63,871 bases of DNA from an archaeon (GCA_024276825.1 JAJRWI010000025.1:1-63871), one strand, 5' to 3'. Positions 29,140 through 39,755 are shown, numbered from the stretch's first letter. Notes: generated from the letters alone by a model not told the origin. A program made the numbers and translations.

Positions 29140-29931
29140 CTAACGCGTCATCTCCGCAAAGCTTCTGGCTGCATCAGCAGGGTTGTCTGCATTCACTATG
29201 GAACGTGCAATTATTACGTAAGACGCTCCAGCATCAATTGCATCTCTGGCTCCTCCACCCTGTGTCCCAACGCCTGGCGAGATTATGGGGATATCATCTC
29301 CGATGATTCTCTTGACCTCTCGGATTCGCTCCGGGTATGTTGCACCCACAACCACACCATCAACATCCCATTTCAAGGCACGTCGTGCAAACTCGAGATA
29401 TAGTGGTTCATGCTCCTTTTTGTTCATCATGATTCTTAGTCCATACCCCTCATCAGATGCAGGATGGGACATGTAGCAGAGTGTGATGATGCCTTTATGC
29501 CTGTTCCTTGCGACCTTGAAGACCGAATCGAGACCGCCCTCCCAGCCAACAAAGGGATTTACAATAATCGCATCAAAACCCGCATCAAAATAATAGCGAG
29601 CAATCCATTCATTGGTGCTGCCAATATCATTGATCTTGCAGTCCATGATAGCGGTGAGCCCCTCATCATGAATTATATCAAGCAAGTTGGGAATTCTATC
29701 GAACAGTCCAAGAGGGAGCACAATCTGTCGGTTGAACTTGAAGGCCACACAATACTCAGTGGTCTTTCGAATGATGTCAATGGCTCGCTGCTCAAGTTCG
29801 TCCTTTGCCCCTTCAACCCCGCTCCTAGGTACCGTGGCCATATCAACAGTCAGATCCAGCCCGATTATCAATCTGGTCCTCCTAACATAAGAAGCTGCTG
29901 AGAGCTTGCTTTTGTACAATTGAGTGCTCAT
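29140..29931 (-). CDS. pyrF: Orotidine 5'-phosphate decarboxylase
   Basis: IGLD, DCKINDIGST, MSHP, VVGAT, SPGVGTQGG, IIARSI. Confidence 0.93.
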   Translation of the reverse strand: MSTQLYKSKLSAASYVRRTRLIIGLDLTVDMATVPRSGVEGAKDELEQRAIDIIRKTTEYCVAFKFNRQIVLPLGLFDRIPNLLDIIHDEGLTAIMDCKINDIGSTNEWIARYYFDAGFDAIIVNPFVGWEGGLDSVFKVARNRHKGIITLCYMSHPASDEGYGLRIMMNKKEHEPLYLEFARRALKWDVDGVVVGATYPERIREVKRIIGDDIPIISPGVGTQGGGARDAIDAGASYVIIARSIVNADNPADAARSFAEMTR

Positions 29932-30005
29932 GCATTTGGCCTCCTTTCAATAATATGGCCTTCACACTTATATCAATGTACTCATTCACAGGAACCGATT
30001 GAGAG

Positions 30006-31043
30006 TTGAGTCCAGACTGGTTGCCAACACGTTTGACTGTAGCATTACTGGGACTAATGGGCCCAGTCTATTTCGTGTTATTAGTCATATTCTTGCCATT
30101 CAGACTAACGCCGTTCACGGACCCCATGTTGAACCTGCTTTTTCATTTTGTTGCGGTCCCCATAGTGTTCGCTGCGCCCTGGATTGGAGTCATTTATTAT
30201 CATAGGTACCGTCTTGCAAACACTGTTCATCTCATGCAGGAGAGCACAAGCTCTGTACCGCTGAGATGGCGTGTGTTCTATGGGACTAATGCTGCCTTTG
30301 TGCTGCTGTTCTTCCTCCTGCCGCTGACAATTCCAGTGCTTGCACTCATTGAAGGACTATATGTTGCAGGGACTCTCTTTGCGCGAGTGCAGGGTGGAAA
30401 GGTAGGAAGCACACTTGCTGCGATTGTGTCCATATTGACAGCAATCTGCCTGAGTGTCTTGCCAGCATTTGTCTTGATCGAGTTCGCACCACAATATATC
30501 CTCGTATGGAATGCTATCATGGAGGCCTGGAACTCGTTTTGGATAACAGTTGTGTATGGCATATCGCAGTGTCTAGTCAACGCAATCAGTTTTGGATCAC
30601 CAGCATATTTCATCTATTTTGCAGCCTCAGAATATGACAAGGGGATCTTTGAGACCAGCTACACAAAGACTCCCACCAATAAGATCAGAATGGGCGAGGC
30701 TGCTCTCTTTCTAATATTCATTACACTATATCTGCCGCCTATTCCAACCGTATTGTTCACAATTCCGTTCCTTAATATGTCATTCCTGTTTACTAGATAC
30801 ATCAACTGGATGTCCATGGGAATTGGAGTCATTATAATCATCGTGAAGAGGATACTGAGGGTGAAGGACAACAGCACCATGGGAGGGGCTTCGAACATTG
30901 TTGTCGTATTCCTCTTTCTCATTGTTGAGATCTTTTTCAAGACCAACATTGTTGTGACCATTGTGATATGGCTGGCGTTCTTTGTGTATGCGTCTATAGC
31001 CATAGCAAACTATCTGAGAGCATCATCAAGGGAGATGTACTGA
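30006..31043 (+). CDS. Polytopic membrane protein, unknown function
   Basis: About 9-10 hydrophobic segments, no recognised motif. Confidence 0.7.
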   Translation: MSPDWLPTRLTVALLGLMGPVYFVLLVIFLPFRLTPFTDPMLNLLFHFVAVPIVFAAPWIGVIYYHRYRLANTVHLMQESTSSVPLRWRVFYGTNAAFVLLFFLLPLTIPVLALIEGLYVAGTLFARVQGGKVGSTLAAIVSILTAICLSVLPAFVLIEFAPQYILVWNAIMEAWNSFWITVVYGISQCLVNAISFGSPAYFIYFAASEYDKGIFETSYTKTPTNKIRMGEAALFLIFITLYLPPIPTVLFTIPFLNMSFLFTRYINWMSMGIGVIIIIVKRILRVKDNSTMGGASNIVVVFLFLIVEIFFKTNIVVTIVIWLAFFVYASIAIANYLRASSREMY

Positions 31044-31044
31044 G

Positions 31045-31482
31045 ATGTACCGGAATCCAAAACCAACGATTGATGTCATCGTGTATAGAGAGAACAGAGT
31101 CCTGCTTGTAAAGAGGGGGAGAGAACCTTTCAAGGGGCGCTGGGTCTTTCCCGGGGGATTTGTTGATTATGGCGAAACGGTAGAGCATGCTTCCATCAGA
31201 GAGGTCAAAGAAGAAACTGGAGTTGATGTAAGACTTATTGACATTCTGGGAGTCTATAGCGCACCTGATAGGGATCCACGTGAGCATCATGTCAATGTGG
31301 TATTCATCGGGGAGTACATCGCAGGCGATGCCCAGGGAGGTGATGATGCAGAAGAAGCAGAATGGAGAGATATCGAGTCAATCGTCCATGATGACTTGGC
31401 CTTCGATCATGGACTCGTCTTGATGGACTTCAAGAGTTGGTTGAAAGAAAGAGGTACCTATTGGTCCACCAAAGAGAGATGA
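31045..31482 (+). CDS. NUDIX hydrolase (ADP-ribose pyrophosphatase-like)
   Basis: PGGFVDYGETVEHASIREVKEETG Nudix box, RDPR, LAFDH. Confidence 0.93.
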   Translation: MYRNPKPTIDVIVYRENRVLLVKRGREPFKGRWVFPGGFVDYGETVEHASIREVKEETGVDVRLIDILGVYSAPDRDPREHHVNVVFIGEYIAGDAQGGDDAEEAEWRDIESIVHDDLAFDHGLVLMDFKSWLKERGTYWSTKER

Positions 31483-31484
31483 CC

Positions 31485-31841
31485 TCAGATATCAAGAATA
31501 TCGAGTTTCTTCACCATTTTGATTATCGGCAGATGAACAAGCATCGGTTCTGACTCGATAACATCAACAAACTTGATAGCCTCTTCTGGACGTGTCTTAT
31601 ACTGCAAAAAGTGTCCCGCTGGAGGGCTTTCCTCTTCTGTATATACCCATAGGGGAATCCCATAATTCTCATAATAGCCATGGTGTGATATCAAAGTCCC
31701 AAATATGTGCTTACCATTGTGTTCGAAATACAGAATATTCGCAGAACGGTCTCGTTGGGTCCATGAGACCAGCATTCTTGCCAGATCTATTATGGAGTCA
31801 AGTTGGAGATTGACTGGAGGACGTATATCTGAATCAGTCAC
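31485..31841 (-). CDS. Hypothetical protein
   Basis: 118-aa ORF fitting between neighbours; no recognised motif. Confidence 0.6.
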   Translation of the reverse strand: MTDSDIRPPVNLQLDSIIDLARMLVSWTQRDRSANILYFEHNGKHIFGTLISHHGYYENYGIPLWVYTEEESPPAGHFLQYKTRPEEAIKFVDVIESEPMLVHLPIIKMVKKLDILDI

Positions 31842-31941
31842 TTACAACACCGAGCTGATGGTCAACATGACCCCTTATAATCTTGATTCTAAATGCTTTG
31901 GACGACATTCAGCAAGACTCAAAACTCAATGCCTCTGAAAT

Positions 31942-32730
31942 ATGAGCATGACTGATGTGATTGAAGATGGCGATTATGTCCTGATATTCCTCGATGGCAA
32001 GAGGAACTGGATTCGAAAGGTCATGGCAGGAGAGAAGTTCCACTCTAATAAGGGAATAATTGATTTTGATGATCTCATTGGTAGACCATTTGGCATTAAG
32101 ATAGAGAGCCATTCTGGGCGGACATTCCAGATCCATCGTCCCAGTCAGACGGACATTCAGGTATATTTTGCCAGAAACACCCAGATTGTGTATTCAAAGG
32201 ACGCGGGCATCATCCTCATTGAAGCGGGAATCTCGGCAGGCTCTAGAGTCATCGAATCAGGTACAGGGTCAGGAGCATTGACATGGATACTCTCACAGGC
32301 AGTCGGACCAACAGGGCATGTCTACACGTATGAGGTCAGGGAGGACATGTATAATGGCGCACGAAAGAACCTCGCAAAGTTTGCAGACATGGAACGGATC
32401 ACCATGCATCAAAAGGATATCACAGAGGGCATTGAGGAGGAGAATGTAGACGCAGTGGTCCTTGATCTGGCCACCCCATGGCTTGTCGTCGATGAGGCGC
32501 ACAGAGTCTTGAAACCAAGTCATTTCTTCGTGAGCTACAGTCCAACAATCGAGCAGGTCATGAAGACCTGCAAGGCACTTCATGAGAGAGGAGAGTGGGG
32601 AATGGTAAAGACTATTGAAGTCCTTCAGCGCGAGATATTGGTCAGGGAAAACAAGACAAGGCCCACGACATGGATGGTGGGACACACAGGATACATCACT
32701 TTTGCTCGTGCTCTTGCAACTGAACGGTGA
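31942..32730 (+). CDS. trmI: tRNA (adenine57/58-N1)-methyltransferase
   Basis: TQIVYSKD, ESGTGSGALT, VLDLATPW, YSPTIEQV, GHTGY. Confidence 0.93.
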   Translation: MSMTDVIEDGDYVLIFLDGKRNWIRKVMAGEKFHSNKGIIDFDDLIGRPFGIKIESHSGRTFQIHRPSQTDIQVYFARNTQIVYSKDAGIILIEAGISAGSRVIESGTGSGALTWILSQAVGPTGHVYTYEVREDMYNGARKNLAKFADMERITMHQKDITEGIEEENVDAVVLDLATPWLVVDEAHRVLKPSHFFVSYSPTIEQVMKTCKALHERGEWGMVKTIEVLQREILVRENKTRPTTWMVGHTGYITFARALATER

Positions 32731-32822
32731 TTCGGCTGAAAAATGCAGCCAGAAAAAGACTTATATGTTGTTGATGGTAGTTGATTGTTGTCGATTATTG
32801 TCGATTGTTGACGGTGATTGTA

Positions 32823-33167
32823 ATGACATATCAACACAAAAGGAGCGAATGCTCCAAAGACACTAGAGAGATTGTGGAAAATATTGTAAGGCTCAACAAG
32901 TCATACTACGAGCTGGATATCAAGTCCAAGAAGTTCATGGAGAGTCTTAGTGAGGAGAGTGCACCCCCTTTAGCGATGGTTCGGGGGAGGAGCGAGACTA
33001 ACATCTTCAACATCCCCACAAGTCTTGTCAGGCAGGACTTTGAAGCTGAGAGATACAAGACACTTAATGATATCAGTGACAGCTTCAGAAACTATCAGGA
33101 GTTCTCCGAGAAAAAGCGCAATCGCAGAAACTATGTTGAGTTCAAGATTGACTATGAGAGTCTATGA
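32823..33167 (+). CDS. Hypothetical protein
   Basis: GGTGA upstream of ATG; helical charged protein coupled to the next gene. Confidence 0.55.
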   Translation: MTYQHKRSECSKDTREIVENIVRLNKSYYELDIKSKKFMESLSEESAPPLAMVRGRSETNIFNIPTSLVRQDFEAERYKTLNDISDSFRNYQEFSEKKRNRRNYVEFKIDYESL

Positions 33168-33170
33168 GGT

Positions 33171-33539
33171 GTGATTCTAATGCCTAAGGATGCCAAGATA
33201 ACAGAGTTAAAGCAGGAGGTCGAAGCCCTGCGAATGACAGTCCAAAGGCTGCAGAATCAGATAAGGCAATTGACAGGACAAGAGATTCAGGAGACTGTTT
33301 CAGAGTCCCCACACTATGAGATTCTTCCGGAGAGCGGCAAGTATTTTGAGCAAGACGCCAGTTGGGTAAGGCTGATCGGCCTGCTTAAGACTCAGGGACA
33401 GGGACTCACAGCTAAAGAGCTTGCAGATCTGTGGGGGAAGTCCAGATCACGAACCAGTGAGGTGTTGAACAGACTGGTGGAGAGAGGGCAACTAATCAAG
33501 TATCGTGACGGACGAAACATCAAGTTTAGGGCCCCATGA
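33171..33539 (+). CDS. N-terminal coiled coil + C-terminal winged HTH protein
   Basis: ITELKQEVEALRMTVQRLQNQI; GLTAKELADLWGKSRSRTSEVLNRLVERG...RDGR. Confidence 0.75.
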   Translation: MILMPKDAKITELKQEVEALRMTVQRLQNQIRQLTGQEIQETVSESPHYEILPESGKYFEQDASWVRLIGLLKTQGQGLTAKELADLWGKSRSRTSEVLNRLVERGQLIKYRDGRNIKFRAP

Positions 33540-33660
33540 CTTTTGTGGGGGCCTTGATTCACTTCTTTTCGAAACACAATACGTGCATCCATCTTGATAT
33601 GAGGTATTCTTAAGTAGGCTCAGGCATATTTTTCTATGACAATAGTCAGAGGTTTCAGGA

Positions 33661-35964
33661 TTGGCAAACGTATTTGGTGGGTCAAAGACAAAAGAGATTG
33701 ATCTCTCAGATGTGAACATTTATACTAGCAAGCTGTATGAGCTGAATATCATAGCACAGGACAGCGTGAGAGAATTCTCCCTTCATGACGTTGATGATAA
33801 AGAGGGCCTTGAGCGTAAGAGAGTCGCCATGCATGACGCATTCTATGACCTATACATGGCCATAGCGGAGTTTCATAAGGACATCATGGTCAACGAGTTT
33901 GATGTTGCATATTTGCGTGATGGAATTGAGAGCACAGAGGGCGAAACAAAGCAACAAATACAGACTATATATGAGAAGATTGTTGAGAAGTATCAGAGTG
34001 ACCTGGCAAATGTATGGATGGCTGAGACCATGGCCTGGCTTCATAAAGCATCCTCAATTCATAGCCCATTCACCAATGAGGATCATCCCGACAAGACAGG
34101 AGAGGCCGCAAAGGTCCTGTCTGAAGTGTACACAATGCTTGAGAAGCCCTTCTCTGTGGTACCGGGAAAGGTCGATGGTACGGAAAAGCTCAGACGTGTC
34201 GCCCTGGGACATATGGCAGTCAATATAATAAGGGACTATGTGGATGAGAAGGAGCTTGGCAAGTTACTCGCCAATAGTAAGATCACTGAGGCCGAGTTCT
34301 ATGATGAATTTTTGAATGAGTTGATTGGTCTTGAGAGTAGTTTCCGTCAGGCATTCAACCCGTTTGATGAACTCCTATGGAGAGACATTCTCAGTTCTTT
34401 CATATTCCAAGAGGCGTCAAGGCATTACGAAGAGGCCATCCCCAGACTGAAAGAGAGTGGGGCTTATGAGGAGCATGAGGTCAAAAAGATTGAGGACTGG
34501 ATGGCAAATACGAATGGCCTCATGAACGCATATCTTGCAATGGCTTATACAGACATTGCTGATGCCCAGATGCGGGCGGGTAATCTAGAAGATGCTGCTG
34601 CCCTGTATAATCTATCATCAGACATGTTTCATAAAGCGGAAGAGGCATTTAGCAAGATCACAATCACACAACGAAATGCCGAGCAGGCAAAGACTGATGC
34701 GGAGCAGAGACAGGCACAGGCACTATTATGTCAATCAGAGGCGTCAGTTCAGACACTCACAGACCTATTAAATGTCAATAATCGCGAAGAGGCAATGAAG
34801 ACTCTCAAGGAGATATTCAACGATCTCAAGACCGCTGAGAGCCTTGCCAAGACACCAGAATTGACAAGCGCCATCAAGGAGAATCTGAGAATATTCTCGT
34901 TTGTTGAGGAGCTGCTGAAGAAGGAGACCCAAGACCTCACTGCAATAAGAGGTCAGATAGAGTTTGCGAAAGACCTTCGTATGACAGGCCTGATTGAAGA
35001 TGTGAATAAGGCCCTTGATGATGTCAGTAGAAATCTCAGGTCAAATACCAGCGATGCCATTGATGCCATTAGAGAGGCGCTAATCAGTCTTGGTATTCTT
35101 TTGAGCCTTGATTCTGAGGATGAGGAGGTCATCAGACTACGGAACAGGACTATGGCATTGCTGCATCATGTCAAATATGTCATCCAGTTTCATCTTAGTT
35201 CCGAGTTTGTCGGTGGCGTCCAATTTGTGTTATCAAGAATTCTTGAGAACTTGCATGCAGTGGAAGCGGTTTCTTACTACAAGGTGATCAATGAGCAAGA
35301 GCCAATCTCTGAGTTGACAGATGTGGGCAAACTTGCACTTGTCACTGCGTTCACTCAAGAGGCACAGATGTATACCCAGAGGGGAGGGCACTGGGCGATG
35401 AGGTCTCAGATTGAGAGGTCGAAGATATTCCAAGAGCTTGATGAAGAGGCCAAGGGAGATGAGAACCTCATTAAGAGAGCCCTTGATGTTCATGACAAGA
35501 CAATCATGAAGATCAAGCAGGCAATTGCAGCATATCAGGCAGCCACAAACGAGCTTGAAACAGTCACCAATGAGGAGATTAAGAAGTCAAACAATATTGA
35601 TGCGAAGATCAAGGCCCTGCAGGCCATCGTTATGCGTTATCGAGGAGACCTCTCTCGTCTTGAGGGTGCAAAGAACGACTTTATGGCAGAATACTACTAC
35701 AAGCTGGGAAACAAGAGCAATGCCCAGCGGTATTTCTCAGACGCCTTTGAGTTATTAAGAGAGGCATTCGGCAACTACAATGTGAGTGCGAGCATGTTTC
35801 AACAGATTGGAGATGCAGAGTCAGCACAAGAGGTGAGTAATCGCGCCAAGGTGGCAGACCTCTTAGCAAGGACTGTGTGGGACACACGTCAGAAGCTTGA
35901 GAGAGACCAAGAGCCACCCTTCAAGGGAGACCCCGAGCTGACCGCATTATATCAGGGTGGCTAG
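33661..35964 (+). CDS. Large all-alpha (solenoid/TPR-like) protein
   Basis: 767 aa of amphipathic helices; two similar TPR/SNAP-like segments. Confidence 0.7.
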   Translation: MANVFGGSKTKEIDLSDVNIYTSKLYELNIIAQDSVREFSLHDVDDKEGLERKRVAMHDAFYDLYMAIAEFHKDIMVNEFDVAYLRDGIESTEGETKQQIQTIYEKIVEKYQSDLANVWMAETMAWLHKASSIHSPFTNEDHPDKTGEAAKVLSEVYTMLEKPFSVVPGKVDGTEKLRRVALGHMAVNIIRDYVDEKELGKLLANSKITEAEFYDEFLNELIGLESSFRQAFNPFDELLWRDILSSFIFQEASRHYEEAIPRLKESGAYEEHEVKKIEDWMANTNGLMNAYLAMAYTDIADAQMRAGNLEDAAALYNLSSDMFHKAEEAFSKITITQRNAEQAKTDAEQRQAQALLCQSEASVQTLTDLLNVNNREEAMKTLKEIFNDLKTAESLAKTPELTSAIKENLRIFSFVEELLKKETQDLTAIRGQIEFAKDLRMTGLIEDVNKALDDVSRNLRSNTSDAIDAIREALISLGILLSLDSEDEEVIRLRNRTMALLHHVKYVIQFHLSSEFVGGVQFVLSRILENLHAVEAVSYYKVINEQEPISELTDVGKLALVTAFTQEAQMYTQRGGHWAMRSQIERSKIFQELDEEAKGDENLIKRALDVHDKTIMKIKQAIAAYQAATNELETVTNEEIKKSNNIDAKIKALQAIVMRYRGDLSRLEGAKNDFMAEYYYKLGNKSNAQRYFSDAFELLREAFGNYNVSASMFQQIGDAESAQEVSNRAKVADLLARTVWDTRQKLERDQEPPFKGDPELTALYQGG

Positions 35965-35983
35965 TATCTCTTAGTGAAATTCA

Positions 35984-38140
35984 CTATCTTGATACCGGTG
36001 CTTTAACTGGCACTGGTTCAGTAATAATCTTGACAGAGTGCAGTCTCTTTGCTCTGAATGGTCTGAATTCGATGCCTCCCGCGTGATAGAACTTTGAATA
36101 CCATTCTACCATATGAAGACGGAGGGTATGCATGAATGCAAGTAGTCCCTCTAGAAGTCCGACAATGATTGTCCCCACTATGGCACCAATAAGTGGGATT
36201 GTGGCACCTGAGTGAATCAGGTCAATGCCGAAGAGCGTGATTTCAGGAAGCGGGATGACTATGAGTGGATTGTCACCATCGATCAGCCTGAAGAACACCA
36301 TACTAAGGATCATATGTACTGTGTTGAGTGCGAATATCCGTGCATAGCTAACAGTGTGACTGATCATGCCTATTGCATATTCAAGGAAGTGTACAATTCC
36401 ATCCATCCCACCCATGAGTGATGCTATGGTCATTATGATGAATGGGACTATGAACGCCAACAGGGTGAATATGAGAGGGCTGACTGGAAGAGTGGGATAC
36501 ACACCATTGTTTCCTGTCCCATATCCAATTCCCACTATTGGAAGCCATAGATTGACATTGCCATCAGCACTGAACCACTCATTTATACTGCTATAGCTGA
36601 CACCAAACAGGAGGTTGATGAATCCGAGATAAAGCCATAGATAGGAGAAGGCAATGATTGCGCCTCTCTTGTCATGATGCTTGAGCTTGTTGTAGAGGTT
36701 GAGGAATATGCCAAGGGCTATCTGAATCGCACCGATCTCGATTGAGAGTTTAAGCATGTGTGTGGTACGATAAGGGTTATGCTCACCATTGATGGTGTGG
36801 GCAAAGGCAGGCCAGAGGGGTTCAATGACTTCGGCGCCAAACAGGCTTCCGAACAGAAGCCCACCAATCATTGAGAATATTCCCATCATGATGAGTCCTT
36901 CGGCACCACTCTGAATGTAGCCCATGATCTGACCCCAGTCATCACCGCGCCTTCTTGCTCTCAGTGCAAAGATACCTATCAATAGCACAATGAACCCCTG
37001 ACCAACATCTGCAAATATCAGACCGAATATCAATGGAAATGTGAGCCATTGTATCTTTGTCGGGTCAAGATCATGTTTGGTAGGGACTCCATATGCCTTC
37101 ACAACGTCCTCAGTTGGTTTCATGAATGATGGGTTGTCAAGATACGTGGGACTCTCAACATCTGAGAACTCGGGGTAATCAAAAATCACCTCAAGGGTCT
37201 CACCAAGCCATTTTGTAAGGCTCGCCTTTAGAGCGTCCTGTTTGCCATCAGGGATCCAGCCCCATAGTTTGACTGAGTGCTCTGTGTAGACAAAATAAGA
37301 CCGCACTTCGATCCTCTGCTTCTCAATCTTCATCTGTTCCCAGGCTGCGAGAATTTTCGGGCCCCAGTCGTGAGCAATCGATCTCATGCGATTTTCAAGC
37401 TGTTTGAGTTCCTGCTCGAGTTCTTCAATGCGGGCCTGAGCGGTCGCCTCAATCTCAGCAGGCCGACCCTTATGTTCACCCTCAACGTCGAACTCATCGA
37501 ACCCGAGTGCTGAGAGAATTCGTTCCACAGCATCGCGTTGCTCGACTGGCACAGAGAGGGTTATTGCAGCCTTACCACGACCCAGTTTCACCCAGCCGAA
37601 CACAAAGGCATTGTCAGTCACCTCGTGTATGCTCCATTCCAGCTTGGTCACGTTCTTCTCGGGAATGACTCCTGCAGTTGTGAATGTGAACTCTGATACA
37701 CCAAGATAGCTGGGGTCTACGCCCAGTGGCTTCAGAGACCTTGCAACATCAATTGTGTTCTTCTGATGCTCGATTTCCAGATGTGTTGCGGCGAGGTCCT
37801 GCTCAATCTCAATGACCTCTTCCTCGATAGCCTTGATGACCTCTGCGACATAAGTTAATGATAGTGTGAGAGAGTAATCATCAATCTCGACAGGCTTTCC
37901 AGCATGCCTTTCTGGATCAAGGTCTAGTATCTCAATAATCCGAGTAAGCCGGTCAATAGCAGAGTAAACGGTCTGTTCTTCCCGTGTCTTCTTGATGTCG
38001 GCAATGCCCGCCTGATGCCTAACATCCATCAGTTCTAACAGACCAAACTCCTCCAAGGCTAGAATAAGCCTTCTGTCAAAATCCCTATGAGTGATCACTT
38101 TTGCAACAAGCATCTTTACTGGGCTCATGCTCAGACGCAT
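35984..38140 (-). CDS. atpI: A/V-type ATP synthase subunit I (a)
   Basis: WGWIP, PTYLDN, FGLIFADVGQG, SHTVSYARIFAL with essential Arg, HTLRLHMVEWYSKFY. Confidence 0.95.
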   Translation of the reverse strand: MRLSMSPVKMLVAKVITHRDFDRRLILALEEFGLLELMDVRHQAGIADIKKTREEQTVYSAIDRLTRIIEILDLDPERHAGKPVEIDDYSLTLSLTYVAEVIKAIEEEVIEIEQDLAATHLEIEHQKNTIDVARSLKPLGVDPSYLGVSEFTFTTAGVIPEKNVTKLEWSIHEVTDNAFVFGWVKLGRGKAAITLSVPVEQRDAVERILSALGFDEFDVEGEHKGRPAEIEATAQARIEELEQELKQLENRMRSIAHDWGPKILAAWEQMKIEKQRIEVRSYFVYTEHSVKLWGWIPDGKQDALKASLTKWLGETLEVIFDYPEFSDVESPTYLDNPSFMKPTEDVVKAYGVPTKHDLDPTKIQWLTFPLIFGLIFADVGQGFIVLLIGIFALRARRRGDDWGQIMGYIQSGAEGLIMMGIFSMIGGLLFGSLFGAEVIEPLWPAFAHTINGEHNPYRTTHMLKLSIEIGAIQIALGIFLNLYNKLKHHDKRGAIIAFSYLWLYLGFINLLFGVSYSSINEWFSADGNVNLWLPIVGIGYGTGNNGVYPTLPVSPLIFTLLAFIVPFIIMTIASLMGGMDGIVHFLEYAIGMISHTVSYARIFALNTVHMILSMVFFRLIDGDNPLIVIPLPEITLFGIDLIHSGATIPLIGAIVGTIIVGLLEGLLAFMHTLRLHMVEWYSKFYHAGGIEFRPFRAKRLHSVKIITEPVPVKAPVSR

Positions 38141-38286
38141 TCTTTCTTCACCGAATATCTTATACGCCAAGGAGTTTGGCTTAGAGTAATCCGAATATCG
38201 CGGACATATAACCATTATGACAGAGGTCAATCTTTATCAATGGGTCTCTATAATAACAAAGAGACTGACTACATTGGTGTGTTATC

Positions 38287-38640
38287 ATGTGTGCAGCCCA
38301 GAAGGAGCCAGTAAATGAGAGCCTTGAAGAAATTCACTTGATTCATGAGGCTGAAGCCGAAGCCCGAATGAAGATTGAAGAAGCTGAGAGGAGAGCCAAA
38401 GAGATCCGCAGCGAAACTGAGAAAAAGATTCATGAGATAGACAAGAAATACGAGGAGGACACTCGGGCTAAGATTCAGAGTATAATGAATGACATTGAGA
38501 AACGAAAAAAGGCCATTGAGAAGCGAGTAAATGACGAGGCTGAGCTGGAAATTGGAAATCTTGAGAAAAGAGCAAGAAAGAAGATGAAAGATGTCATTGA
38601 ATTTGTGGTCAGGGTGATCACAGGGGAGAGTGATGTCTAG
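38287..38640 (+). CDS. atpH: A/V-type ATP synthase subunit H (G) peripheral stalk
   Basis: IHEAEAEARMKIEEAE coiled coil; directly before subunit E. Confidence 0.75.
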   Translation: MCAAQKEPVNESLEEIHLIHEAEAEARMKIEEAERRAKEIRSETEKKIHEIDKKYEEDTRAKIQSIMNDIEKRKKAIEKRVNDEAELEIGNLEKRARKKMKDVIEFVVRVITGESDV

Positions 38641-39252
38641 ATGTCAGGGATAGAGCACATCATAAACATGATTATTGACAAGGCCGTCGAGAAAGAGTTG
38701 AAGATAATCGAGGAGGCCGAGAATTATCAAAGAGAGAGACTTCAGCTAGCAGAAGACAAGGCACAGGAGAGAGCCCAAGCAGAGTTGGAGAAGGCACAGA
38801 GAGAGGCAGATGCGGTCTTGGAGAGGCATGCTGCTAGTCTGAAGTTGCAGAAAAAGCATAAAATTCTTGAGACCAAGGAGAAGATAGTCAAGGAAGTACT
38901 CGAGAAGGCACTCGAAGAAACAAGCAAGGCCGTGAATAAGCCCGCATATTCTAAAGTCCTTGAGAGACTAATCATTGATGGTGCAATTGCACTTAATGTG
39001 GATGATCTTGAGCTTGTGCTTCCGAAGGGCCAGAGTCAAAAGATCAATCTCAGCAGCATCGCCAAAGAGATAGAGAACCAGACTGGAAGAAAGGTCAGTA
39101 TCAAGACTGCAAAAGACACAGTAAGATCAAGGGGTGGAGTGATTGTCAGAGTGTCAGATGGCACGAAGTGGGTGGACAACACAGTAGAGGCCAGACTGGA
39201 ACGCTTTGAAGGCAAGATTCGAGACAAGATCAGCAGTGAGTTGTTCCCATAG
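38641..39252 (+). CDS. atpE: A/V-type ATP synthase subunit E
   Basis: N-terminal coiled coil; GGVIV..DG..VDNTVEARL; ends LF. Confidence 0.92.
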   Translation: MSGIEHIINMIIDKAVEKELKIIEEAENYQRERLQLAEDKAQERAQAELEKAQREADAVLERHAASLKLQKKHKILETKEKIVKEVLEKALEETSKAVNKPAYSKVLERLIIDGAIALNVDDLELVLPKGQSQKINLSSIAKEIENQTGRKVSIKTAKDTVRSRGGVIVRVSDGTKWVDNTVEARLERFEGKIRDKISSELFP

Positions 39253-39285
39253 TCATATCAAGTATCGACTGAAACACCGATCTTG

Positions 39286-39327
39286 AAAAAAGTCGGAGTG
39301 GAAGGAGCGAGCAGCGCCCAACTCCGA
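39286..39327 (-). terminator. Stem-loop + T6 downstream of subunit K
   Basis: TCGGAGT...ACTCCGA inverted repeat followed by TTTTTT on the minus strand, between convergent genes. Confidence 0.55.
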
Positions 39328-39333
39328 ATTCCA

Positions 39334-39741
39334 CTAATGCCCAACGAGTGTTGGGAGGTAGCCCATTAGAAGGAATGCAATGACGAAACCGTAGATTGCA
39401 ATTGCTTCAATGAACACGACATATAGGATTGACTTTCCAAAGGTCTCAGGCTTTTCAGTGATTGCCCCTAGGGCTGCAGCTGAGGCAGTTCCCATTCCAA
39501 GGCCTGCACCAACGCCAGTCAGGCCTATTGCGAGACCTGCACCGAGAGCGATACCAAGAATGGCCCAACCTGTGGTTTCAGTCACCTGAAGAGGGACTAT
39601 GCCCTGTGCACCACCAATGCCAAGGACCTTCATTGTCATGGGAGCCCCAATGAGTCCATGATACAATCCAAGCATGACAGTAAGGACTATGCCTCCAAGC
39701 ATGAACAGGATACTGCTACTGATTGTTCTGTTGATTTGCAT
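39334..39741 (-). CDS. atpK: A/V-type ATP synthase proteolipid subunit K (c), single hairpin with N-terminal extension
   Basis: GLAIGLTGVGAGLGMG, EKPE, FIEAIAIYG. Confidence 0.93.
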   Translation of the reverse strand: MQINRTISSSILFMLGGIVLTVMLGLYHGLIGAPMTMKVLGIGGAQGIVPLQVTETTGWAILGIALGAGLAIGLTGVGAGLGMGTASAAALGAITEKPETFGKSILYVVFIEAIAIYGFVIAFLLMGYLPTLVGH

Positions 39742-39755
39742 GATGTTTCCTCCAG

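Noticed and set aside
33528-33553. GGCCCC...GGGGCC hairpin at the end of the wHTH gene as a terminator
   Set aside because: Short imperfect stem overlapping the stop codon, with no adjacent T-run; insufficient support
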